Of a DNA stretch of 64,000 nt, positions 1-8,522 are shown piece by piece (position 1 is the first letter of the stretch; the number at the start of each line of letters is the position of its first letter). Origin of the DNA: Clostridium sp. CAG:452 (GTDB taxonomy: Bacteria; Spirochaetota; Spirochaetia; Sphaerochaetales; Sphaerochaetaceae); contig CAVFXW010000001.1 of the NCBI GenBank assembly GCA_963626675.1, positions 8,232 to 72,231 on the forward strand. Reading direction: 5' to 3'. Under the pieces are notes generated by a model. It was given only the letters and a program-made list of their open reading frames with translations, was not told where the DNA came from and searched no databases. A program made the position numbers and the translations under genes.

Positions 1-895
1 GGTGCATACCCTCACTCACTCCATTTGGAAATGTGAAATTGATTCCATGTCCTACCTCTACACCATCAAGATACCAAACAACATTGAGATCCTTCTCTTT
101 GACAACTGAGTTATCTGAAATTGAAACGGCGACAGTAAAGGCCGTGTCAGCTTCAACAAGAGATTCCACTCCTGTGATATTTACTTCAACCGGTAGTGAT
201 GTCTCATCCGATATTATGATTTCGGCACTGCTTTCTTCGACTTTGCTCAAGAAAGTAATTGTACCCTTTGTCACCTCTCCGTTCGATATCCTAATAGCTT
301 CAAGAAGCCCCTGAAGTTTCTTCCCCTCGGAGTCTCTTAGTTCTACTTGTAGTGTATATGAGCCTGATGGCAGATTTGTATACGTGATAGAGCTCTTTGA
401 ATTGACAGGCGTGGAGGGCGCAAGTATTATTTCCTTTCCGCTATGTGATTTAAACACAGTATGTATAGTCTTTACGTCTTCTAGCCCTGAGTCACTCCAG
501 TCTAGTGTTAGGGAGAGATCTCCATTCCCCAGGAGAGTGTCGAGAGATATGCTGATGTTGTTCTTCCCAGATATAAGTCCTATTTCTCCTTCTCCATATG
601 CGATATCTTGTTTTTCAAAATTGAAGCCGTATACTTTGATTTTCCATTTTCCTATGCTCAGGCCATCTAGATTAAGGTAGGAATAGTAGGTGTAATATGG
701 TTCACTCTCATTTCCACTTGGAGAGACTGCTATTATTTTATATCCATATATTTCAAGATTTTCCTTCTCAGGCGCTATTGTCCGTCGCGTGTTCTTCAGT
801 TCAATTCTTAGATTGGCTCTTTCTGTCTCCGGTTTACATGAAACAATTACAAACAATGAAAGCATAATCGATAAAATGATAAATAACCTTTTCAT
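1..895 (-). CDS. Lipoprotein, N-terminal 298 codons (C-terminus lies beyond the window start)
   Basis: Absent from the ORF track because it runs off the window. Manual reverse translation from the ATG at 895-893 gives MKRLFIILSIMLSLFVIVSCKPETERANL... A GGAGG (complement of 900-904) sits 4 nt upstream. There is a signal peptide plus a Cys lipobox-like VSC. I checked every codon in this frame down to position 2 and saw no stop. Confidence 0.7.
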   Translation of the reverse strand, partial: MKRLFIILSIMLSLFVIVSCKPETERANLRIELKNTRRTIAPEKENLEIYGYKIIAVSPSGNESEPYYTYYSYLNLDGLSIGKWKIKVYGFNFEKQDIAYGEGEIGLISGKNNISISLDTLLGNGDLSLTLDWSDSGLEDVKTIHTVFKSHSGKEIILAPSTPVNSKSSITYTNLPSGSYTLQVELRDSEGKKLQGLLEAIRISNGEVTKGTITFLSKVEESSAEIIISDETSLPVEVNITGVESLVEADTAFTVAVSISDNSVVKEKDLNVVWYLDGVEVGHGINFTFPNGVSEGMH

Positions 896-1436
896 AAGTC
901 CTCCATTTTTCTGAATTTATATTTCTAAGCAAAAATGTGGTTCTTTTTGTCAAAATCTTGTTTTTTATCTAAGGACCAATCTATCTAGGGCGTCTACTTA
1001 TCGACAAGTTTGTGTAGTTTCCTCTTCTGGGGTATGTATGTTAAGTGGAAACTTTAGAAGCAAGAAACAAGATCATTTCTTCTTCTAGTGTCAGTTAGTT
1101 CAATTTGCATTTTCGATGTGCTTTATACTTCAAAGAGGCGCGTGGAGACTATGATGCTTTGTCTCTGCTCCACGCTCGTCTTGTGCGTACCTCTACCTGC
1201 GGTTTCGGTTCTAAATGTGATTACACCATCTGTGGAGACAAAGACCCGTTTCTTAAGGAGCATCCAGAATACTGGGATGAGAATGGCTATAGGAGGAATA
1301 AATAATATTTTTCCAAACGATTCTAGAGAAACGCTGATTGGAAACTTTGCTAGAAAGTGAGGTTATAAGGTTTTAAGTCAGGAGATGAAATTGCTCTATT
1401 GCATTTGATTTGATATCATTCTTCTGGAAAAAGAAA

Positions 1437-1916
1437 ATGAAAAAAGATCCTCTTTTAATTGTATTGGCCGTTTGTGTAGGTATTTTCTCTTATTTTGCAG
1501 CTTTTAAAGGAGAGGTGCATATTTGGATGATACCTATTCTCGTTCTTATAACTGCTTTATGGTATATATGTACCTCCGTAGTAACAAGAAACATGATTAA
1601 GAAAAGAAGAAACGGTGAAGAGTTCTTCTTTGTTCGTGCTTCTCTAGTAAGTAATAATGAGACAGAACTCATAAATGGTGCACTTTGCGCCACACGAAGC
1701 GAAATTGTATTCTACAAAAGAAAAGGATACATGGGAGGGATTCAACCTATATGGTCGTGTTTTGTCTCGAATTTGGAGTCTTATTCATTGGAAAAGATTG
1801 CCGACAGGCACAGTGGAGTTGTTTTCGTTATTAAAGGAGATGATAACAAAGTTAAAGTCGCCTCTTCTTCTTTAAAAAAGAAAGAGAAGGAGTTCCAATC
1901 TTCTATAGGATGGTGA
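1437..1916 (+). CDS. Hypothetical membrane protein (2 TM helices plus a small PH/GRAM-like soluble domain)
   Basis: ORF 1410-1916. The ATG at 1437 (MKKDPLLIVLAV...) is the more plausible start. Two hydrophobic helices are followed by a beta-rich tail (EIVFYKRKG...VVFVIKGDDNKVKV). No family recognised. Confidence 0.5.
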   Translation: MKKDPLLIVLAVCVGIFSYFAAFKGEVHIWMIPILVLITALWYICTSVVTRNMIKKRRNGEEFFFVRASLVSNNETELINGALCATRSEIVFYKRKGYMGGIQPIWSCFVSNLESYSLEKIADRHSGVVFVIKGDDNKVKVASSSLKKKEKEFQSSIGW

Positions 1917-1978
1917 AAACTTTAAAAGTGTCACTTTTCTGACCATTTTTCATAGTTTGGATTTTAGAAAATTTAGTC

Positions 1979-2494
1979 ATGAGAAAGAGCATGACTATTT
2001 TTTTATTATTGATTACGACATATTCACTTTTTGCACTACGAGTTAGCTTAGGATGCGATTTACGCTCTTTTGATTCTTTGATCCTTTCAGATACGAGAAT
2101 CGATGCTGAAGTAGGTTTTGAAAATAAAGATATCAAAATAACAATCCCACTTAGGTATGGAAAAAGTAATTCTTATGACCTATCGCTTATAGAAACAGGA
2201 CTTTTAGTCTCTTTGTATCCCTGGGATGGGTTAGGCCTTTTCGTTGAAACCTCAATTGTAAAGGCTGGTTTTATGTGGGGGATTTTTACCCCCAAGGAGA
2301 AGATTTTCTTCTCTCTTGAAGGTTCTATTGGCTGGGAGTTCATCTTCGGCAATTTCTATGTAAAACCTAAATACACATATAGATCGACACTTTCTTCTGA
2401 TAACGCAAAGGAGGAGATCGTCAAGTCAATAAAACAGTTTGAAGAATCAAGAATCAGCTTATTTATAGGAGTTTTATTTGGAGGTAAAAAATGA
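1979..2494 (+). CDS. Hypothetical secreted, beta-rich protein (possible small outer-membrane barrel)
   Basis: N-terminal signal-like MTIFLLLITTYSLFA. Alternating hydrophobic beta-strand pattern with an aromatic-rich C-terminal part. 4-nt overlap with the next gene. Confidence 0.45.
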   Translation: MRKSMTIFLLLITTYSLFALRVSLGCDLRSFDSLILSDTRIDAEVGFENKDIKITIPLRYGKSNSYDLSLIETGLLVSLYPWDGLGLFVETSIVKAGFMWGIFTPKEKIFFSLEGSIGWEFIFGNFYVKPKYTYRSTLSSDNAKEEIVKSIKQFEESRISLFIGVLFGGKK

Positions 2495-3348
2495 AACAAA
2501 GAGTTTTATTCAACACAATTTTCGGTTGGGCGTTAGTTTTCTTGATGCTATTTGCATCATGTTCACCTGTGCTTGTTTCAGATAAGAAAATCAAGAAAAC
2601 CATTCTTATGAGTGAAAGTGCAAGAATGATCAATGAATACTATGAGGAAGTGAGAAGCATACTTGTTGAAAATGAAGTGTACTCAGAAGATGAGATAGCC
2701 TCTTACGGAACGCTTACGGGAGAAGAGATTACCCGTAATTTAATGAATGGCAATGGTGGCGAAGATTATCTAAATTTCCTCTATATGGCAAATTATGCAG
2801 AAAATTGTGACGAGATTATTGATGCTGCAGGTGCCTTTCTTGACTCGAGCGACATGGATGATTTGAGAAAACGTGCAGACGAGATAGAAGCTAACTTTGA
2901 AGATTTAGGGGAAAGTGTGTCTAGAGCCCTTAACCCTGCTGAGAAGGAACAATTTTATAAAGATTTAAGAACATTGACAGTAAAGTCTGTTGTATTACTT
3001 ACTGCAGCTGTTGTATATGCAATCATCCCGCATGTTATGTTCTGGGGAAAGGTCGCTGCGGCAACTGCCGTATCTGTTGCAGCCGGTGTGGTGGCATCTA
3101 CTGTTATAACAATAATCGAATGGTCCGATAAAGATATCGAGCACGATGAGAATGCTTTTAAGGAGTGGCTTGATAATGTTTCAAGTGAACCTGTGGCTGC
3201 TTGGGCATTGGCACAAGGGGTAATAACAACACAGACTGCAGCTGGACAGAGTCCTGTTGTTGCTGCATTGATTCTTGCTGTATTTGCTGCATACCAGATA
3301 ATTGATAGCGTTAAGGTTATTCTTAAAAATTACAACTGGAAAGCATAA
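2491..3348 (+). CDS. Hypothetical lipoprotein with C-terminal hydrophobic helices
   Basis: Signal plus lipobox LMLFASCSP. Acidic helical middle. Three Ala/Val-rich hydrophobic segments at the C-terminus. Confidence 0.5.
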   Translation: MKQRVLFNTIFGWALVFLMLFASCSPVLVSDKKIKKTILMSESARMINEYYEEVRSILVENEVYSEDEIASYGTLTGEEITRNLMNGNGGEDYLNFLYMANYAENCDEIIDAAGAFLDSSDMDDLRKRADEIEANFEDLGESVSRALNPAEKEQFYKDLRTLTVKSVVLLTAAVVYAIIPHVMFWGKVAAATAVSVAAGVVASTVITIIEWSDKDIEHDENAFKEWLDNVSSEPVAAWALAQGVITTQTAAGQSPVVAALILAVFAAYQIIDSVKVILKNYNWKA

Positions 3349-3430
3349 TTCTTTTATTCTCACTCAGGCTGCTATTTGGGTATAATGATTCTATAAGGTA
3401 GAATTCATTCTACCCGATAGGGAATAAATT

Positions 3431-4657
3431 ATGTTGTCTTTCAATGAATCGATTAAAGAACGTTTTATAAGGTATACAACCTATGACACAATGTCTGATG
3501 CAGATAAGGCAGAGAGCATTCGCCCGTCTACCAAGGGACAGGAAGAACTCCTACTAGAGTTAAAGAAGGAACTAGAAAAGCTTTCTCTTGAAACATATTA
3601 CGGCGAAGAGAAAGTATTAATGGGTCGTCTTAAAGGAAATAGTGGTACCGGTACAATTGGTTTTATGGCCCATGTTGATACAGCTCAAGATACTATGGGA
3701 AACGGAGTGAAGGCTCGTGTATGGAAGGACTATGACGGAGGAAAGATTATTCTTGATGGTGGAACCGTACTTGATCCTGAAAATGACAAGGATCTTCTTC
3801 TTTATCGAGGTGGGGAGATTATTACAAGTGATGGGACGACTCTTCTAGGCTCTGATGATAAGGCTGGAGTTGCCATCATAATGGAGAGTATCGAGTATCT
3901 TGTTAATCATCCAGAAGTAAAGAGACCCGATATTGAAGTCTATTTTACTCCTGATGAAGAGACAGGATGTGGTATGGATAGATTTCCATATGATAGGATG
4001 AAGAGCTCTTGTGTCTACACTGTTGATGGTGGAAGAGAGGGAGAAGTTGAGACTGAATGCTTTAATGCTGCAACCATCACAATAAAGATTCATGGTGTTT
4101 CGATCCATCTCGGAGATGCAAGAGGGCGGCTCGTCAATGCAGTAACAATAGGAGCAAAAATAATTTCAGCTCTCCCTCAAAGTGAGAGTCCTGAGGCAAC
4201 GGATTGTCGCTATGGATACTACTGTCCTCTTGTTTTCAATGGAAGCGGAAGTGAGGCTGAGTTAAAGGTATACATAAGAGACTTTGACGCTAATAAGTTT
4301 GACGAAAAGATTAAGAATACCGAGAATATCGCTCGTACAATTTGCTCTTTATACCATGGTCGCTGTGAGATAAATACAAAGATCAGCTATAGGAATATGA
4401 AGAGCGTCAATATGAGTAATCCCTCATCTATTGATGCAGTGTATGAGAGTGCAAAGAGACTGGGTATAACGATTGAGGATGAACTTATCCGCGGTGGTAC
4501 GGATGGCGCTAGACTAGCAGAAAATGGTACGGCTGCACCGAATCTTTTTACAGGTGGACATAATCTCCATTCAAACAGCGAATGGGTAAGCGTGGATGCA
4601 ATGAATAGGAGTGCAAATCTTGTTTTGGGCATAGTTGAATACTGGAGTGAAAGATAA
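3431..4657 (+). CDS. pepT: Peptidase T (tripeptide aminopeptidase, M20B)
   Basis: ERFIRYTTYDTMSD start, MAHVDTA, GSDDKAGVA, FTPDEETG and RGGTDGA motifs. The ~408-aa length is typical of PepT. Confidence 0.9.
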   Translation: MLSFNESIKERFIRYTTYDTMSDADKAESIRPSTKGQEELLLELKKELEKLSLETYYGEEKVLMGRLKGNSGTGTIGFMAHVDTAQDTMGNGVKARVWKDYDGGKIILDGGTVLDPENDKDLLLYRGGEIITSDGTTLLGSDDKAGVAIIMESIEYLVNHPEVKRPDIEVYFTPDEETGCGMDRFPYDRMKSSCVYTVDGGREGEVETECFNAATITIKIHGVSIHLGDARGRLVNAVTIGAKIISALPQSESPEATDCRYGYYCPLVFNGSGSEAELKVYIRDFDANKFDEKIKNTENIARTICSLYHGRCEINTKISYRNMKSVNMSNPSSIDAVYESAKRLGITIEDELIRGGTDGARLAENGTAAPNLFTGGHNLHSNSEWVSVDAMNRSANLVLGIVEYWSER

Positions 4658-4661
4658 ACTT

Positions 4662-5567
4662 GTGAAAAAGATTATTCTACTTCTGGTCGTATTTATACTT
4701 TCCTTCCCCGTTTTTTCATCAATTACTTATGACAGAACTGTTCCAGAGGAGCTTAAAACAAGGATTGACTCTGCTTATGAGAAGGCACGTGGAGACAGAA
4801 GGGATTTAGATATAACCATAAGTGATGCCAATGTCGATAACAAAATTCTGAGCTGTTCCATTTCATATGATGGAAAGAGTGTAGCGTTTGTCTCTCCTCT
4901 TGAATATCTAGAAGAGGAAATAGATTCTCTTTTCTTCTATGAGGAAAGTCTTTTCGAGAGTGGAGAGAGACTAGACTATGTTTATAAAAAATCATTCTCT
5001 TCCATTACTCTTGAAAATGCTAAAAGAGGAGATAACTACCGTCTCATCGGCCACTCTGGAAGAACTGAAGGTCTCTTTCAAGTTGATGAGATATATAGCG
5101 AAGCCGTACTTCTTAAACCTTATTTTCTTTCTTCTTCCGTACTTCCTGGTATGAGACTGGATAAAATAAACGATTTTTCCGTTTATCTTAGATTTTTTTC
5201 GACTTTAAAATTCAATAAAGTAGGCGTCTCATTTTCTTTTTCTTCTTCCTCCATTTTATATCCTCTTTCGCCTTTTATAGGTGGAGCAATAATCAAAGAT
5301 AGTAGTAGCCAGGCAATATTTATGCTTATAGGAATTAGTGGAAGATTTAATTTCTCGACTTATTTTCCTCAAGTGCCTGTTATTAAGAATCTTGCCCTAA
5401 GGGGAGAAGCGTCAATCGGGGGACGATATAACTCTAATCTCGCGTTATCTGCAGAGGCATCTCTTGAATTAGTATATACATTCAGCCGAGTAATGAGTAT
5501 TTCTCTTGGTGTAGTTAATTACGATGGCGACTATTATTATTCATTGACTCTTGGAGGAAAACTATGA
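4662..5567 (+). CDS. Hypothetical secreted protein, C-terminal beta-barrel-like
   Basis: ORF 4635-5567. The GTG at 4662, 5 nt after the pepT stop, gives a signal peptide (V/M)KKIILLLVVFILSFPVFSS. The C-terminus has alternating-strand character and ends ...YYYSLTLGGKL. Confidence 0.5.
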   Translation: MKKIILLLVVFILSFPVFSSITYDRTVPEELKTRIDSAYEKARGDRRDLDITISDANVDNKILSCSISYDGKSVAFVSPLEYLEEEIDSLFFYEESLFESGERLDYVYKKSFSSITLENAKRGDNYRLIGHSGRTEGLFQVDEIYSEAVLLKPYFLSSSVLPGMRLDKINDFSVYLRFFSTLKFNKVGVSFSFSSSSILYPLSPFIGGAIIKDSSSQAIFMLIGISGRFNFSTYFPQVPVIKNLALRGEASIGGRYNSNLALSAEASLELVYTFSRVMSISLGVVNYDGDYYYSLTLGGKL

Positions 5568-6937
5568 AGAAAATGGTTTTCTTATTGGGGACTTTAATGT
5601 TGTTTTCTTCGTGTAGAAGTATTGTTACGAGCATTTCAAATAGGCCTCAGTGGATAGATACTCCTCCATATTTCGCCCTCTCGACAGCGTTTGTCGGAGA
5701 GGGGGAAGGAGAGAGCGAGGAAGACGCAAAGATCAATGCTTATCTAGATGCGATAGAAAAGATGGGGGAAGAAGTACAGCTAGATTATAAGAATGTATAT
5801 TTTTCCGAACTCTATAACACATCTCGTATCCAGGAGTTTTCGACTATTATTTATGATTCATATTCAGAGGAAACGGATGGAATATGGCACTACTATGTTC
5901 TAACTGTTTCAAATACTCAGAGGCTTATTGAAGCAAGAAGTATCTCTTACAATGAAAGAGTAGACAGAGAGACGAGACTTACTTTTCTTGTTGATAAGGC
6001 TCTTGAATACTATAAGGACAATAGGGATGTAGATGCTGTAAATACTCTTCTTGAAGCAGTTCTCGTGACTATGGAAGGGGAGATAACAAAGGAAGAATAT
6101 TCTACCGAAGTTCTTGTTCAAAGAATTGAGAAGTATATATCACAGATAGAGTTCTCGGTTGATGAACGAGAAAGAGGATCAAATCTTTGCGCTTTCAAAA
6201 TTCAAAGAAACAAAGGAATTCTAAAGAGTGCTGTGGAGGGAGCCTCATGTAAGGTGATTTATCCATCCCTAGATCCGGACGGCAACATACTAAGGCTTCC
6301 TTATTCAGTGAAATCGAATGAAAAAGGGATAGTAACTGTTAATGAAACGAATGCCTATTCTTTAAAAAAAGGTGTTGTTTCAATTACAATAGATGTCGAT
6401 GAGGATATCATAGAGAATATTGATAGGGTTGCTGGAGAAGAGCTACTTAGAGGCGTGAAATCGTTAATTGAGTCCATTACTTTTTCTGCAGAATATAGTG
6501 AAGATGAGACATATTCAGAGGGGGAAGCTGTTATAGCGCTCGCTCTATACGGCTATGACGGTGGACGTATCGATATCGAGATGGGGAGAAAAATAATATC
6601 TTCGATGTGCGCTGCGCTTTATCTTGATGATGTTACAGTTGTAGAAGCGGAAGGCGAAGACGAAGAGGAGACCCTGCAGTTTCTTAAGGATAAATATGGC
6701 GATAGATTTGTCATCTATATGGTAAGAATTGGAGTTGTCGATAGAATTCATACATTGGGATTATGGTATACCAAAACGGAAGGTAATATTGTTAAAATTA
6801 CGCCGTCAAGGATAGTAAGGGATGGTTACAAAACCATGCAATATTCATCTGTAAGCAGTACAGAGGCACCAGATGATGAGAAAGCATTGGAAAATCAAAT
6901 CCGTCTTACCGTAGGTTTTGTTCTCGGAGAATTCTGA
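5564..6937 (+). CDS. Hypothetical lipoprotein (LPP20-like N-terminal region)
   Basis: Signal plus lipobox LMLFSSCRS. RPQWIDTPP...FVGEGEGESEEDAKINA resembles LPP20-type lipoprotein starts. 4-nt overlap with the upstream gene. Confidence 0.5.
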   Translation: MKKMVFLLGTLMLFSSCRSIVTSISNRPQWIDTPPYFALSTAFVGEGEGESEEDAKINAYLDAIEKMGEEVQLDYKNVYFSELYNTSRIQEFSTIIYDSYSEETDGIWHYYVLTVSNTQRLIEARSISYNERVDRETRLTFLVDKALEYYKDNRDVDAVNTLLEAVLVTMEGEITKEEYSTEVLVQRIEKYISQIEFSVDERERGSNLCAFKIQRNKGILKSAVEGASCKVIYPSLDPDGNILRLPYSVKSNEKGIVTVNETNAYSLKKGVVSITIDVDEDIIENIDRVAGEELLRGVKSLIESITFSAEYSEDETYSEGEAVIALALYGYDGGRIDIEMGRKIISSMCAALYLDDVTVVEAEGEDEEETLQFLKDKYGDRFVIYMVRIGVVDRIHTLGLWYTKTEGNIVKITPSRIVRDGYKTMQYSSVSSTEAPDDEKALENQIRLTVGFVLGEF

Positions 6938-7640
6938 CGATTTTTTCACTGTCATTTGTTATGATGAAAGGAGGATCGAGTTTAATCATTTCAAATAGAG
7001 ACTCTTTCGTGTCTACTGTCCATGGAACAACTTCGTATTTTCTTCTTTTTGTCTTCTCTCTTGTTGCTATATCCCATTTTGGTTTGAGGAATGAACATTT
7101 GAAGAAGAATCGACCTTCGCCGTGTCTCATGAAGAAAGGTAGAGTAGTTGGAGGGCCGTCGTATATCACTGCCATTTCGAATTTGTTATCAGTTAACTTT
7201 GCGAATTGCTTCATTGCTATGGGGTTAAATGATGAAACCATGATTTTGCCCCAAAGCTCTTTTCTCTTCTCTAATTCTTCTACAAGCAGAGTGACAACTT
7301 CTCTTTTGTAATCTATAGGCTGGTCAGCTTTTATCTCTATGTCGTAATAGATTTCTCCGAGTGCGTCGAACACTTCACTTAATTTCACTATTTGTGGTGC
7401 GGCATTTATTATCTCATGATAGGTGGATGACTCTATGAGAAGATCAGAGCCGTATACTCGTTTGAGAGAGTTGTCATGTGACGCAACAAGAACATGGTCT
7501 CTTGTGACACGAATATCGAGTTCAATGCCGTCGGCGCCTTCTAGTAGGGCCTTTCTAAATGACGGCAATGTATTTTCTATTTCTCTTAGAGGTACTCCTC
7601 TATGTCCCAGGACAAGGAATTTTTTATTGTTGTTGAACAT
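6906..7640 (-). CDS. Glycerophosphodiester phosphodiesterase (GDPD family, cytoplasmic type)
   Basis: LGHRGVP..ENTLPSF...GADGIELDIRVTRDHVLVASHD is the GDPD signature. No signal peptide. Confidence 0.88.
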   Translation of the reverse strand: MFNNNKKFLVLGHRGVPLREIENTLPSFRKALLEGADGIELDIRVTRDHVLVASHDNSLKRVYGSDLLIESSTYHEIINAAPQIVKLSEVFDALGEIYYDIEIKADQPIDYKREVVTLLVEELEKRKELWGKIMVSSFNPIAMKQFAKLTDNKFEMAVIYDGPPTTLPFFMRHGEGRFFFKCSFLKPKWDIATREKTKRRKYEVVPWTVDTKESLFEMIKLDPPFIITNDSEKIVRILREQNLR

Positions 7641-8484
7641 TTATAAGTTCCTTAATTTCCTCTTTCCATAGGGTTTCATCTGGAGTTTCAAGGATAAGTG
7701 GAATGAGTTGGACTTCTTTACGTTTTACTATTTCATGAAAAGCTTCTCTTCCGATTAGACCGTATCCAATATTGTCATGTCGGTCTTTATTGGATGAGAG
7801 AGCTACTTTCGAGTCATTCAGGTGCATACCGTACAGTTTGTCATTTCCGAAGATGGAAAAGAATGAATCGAGTATTTTATTTATATTATTCTTAACATCG
7901 TATCCCGCACCGTAGAGATGGGCAGTATCGAGTGTGAAGCCTGCTCTGTCTTTGTATTTTAAAAGTGACAGCAATTCCTCTAGTTCTTCAAATGTTGAGC
8001 CTATTATAGTGCCCGCTCCAGCAGTATTTTCTATTGCCACGCGCATATTGGGAAAAGTACCGAGAACTCTGTCTATCATCTCAGCAGAACGCTTTATGCC
8101 TTCTTTTCTATCTCCTTCCTTATATGCTCCGGGGTGTATATTGATTATATCGAGTCCAAGAGACTGTAGTCTTTCCATCTCAAGAAGGAAGAGAGAAAGA
8201 GATTTTGTTTTTATTTCTTCGTCGGGAGAAGCAGGGTTTATCAGGTAGCCGGCATGAGGGAGTATTGCTTTTTTTGTATAGCCGTACTCTTCCAGCTTTT
8301 TTTTGAAGTCTTTTATTTCATCATCTTTGAGACTTTGGCTTTTCCACATTCTTTGGTTTTTTGAAAAGAGTGCGAATCCTGTTGCTCCATAGTTATGTGC
8401 TCTCTCCGGAGCTAGTGCGATTGATTCGGAAATAGAAACATGAGGACCTATATATAGCATACGTGAAGGATAATATATTTCCAT
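7624..8484 (-). CDS. nfo: Endonuclease IV
   Basis: IGPHVS, HAGYLINPAS, INIHPG, AIENTAG, LDTAHLYGAGYD and HLNDSK...DRHDNIG motifs. The real start may be the internal MLYIGPHVS at 8460. Confidence 0.9.
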   Translation of the reverse strand: MEIYYPSRMLYIGPHVSISESIALAPERAHNYGATGFALFSKNQRMWKSQSLKDDEIKDFKKKLEEYGYTKKAILPHAGYLINPASPDEEIKTKSLSLFLLEMERLQSLGLDIINIHPGAYKEGDRKEGIKRSAEMIDRVLGTFPNMRVAIENTAGAGTIIGSTFEELEELLSLLKYKDRAGFTLDTAHLYGAGYDVKNNINKILDSFFSIFGNDKLYGMHLNDSKVALSSNKDRHDNIGYGLIGREAFHEIVKRKEVQLIPLILETPDETLWKEEIKELINVQQQ

Positions 8485-8522
8485 TTATTGGAGAAGTCAT
8501 CTTTTTTTTCTATAATTGAGAA

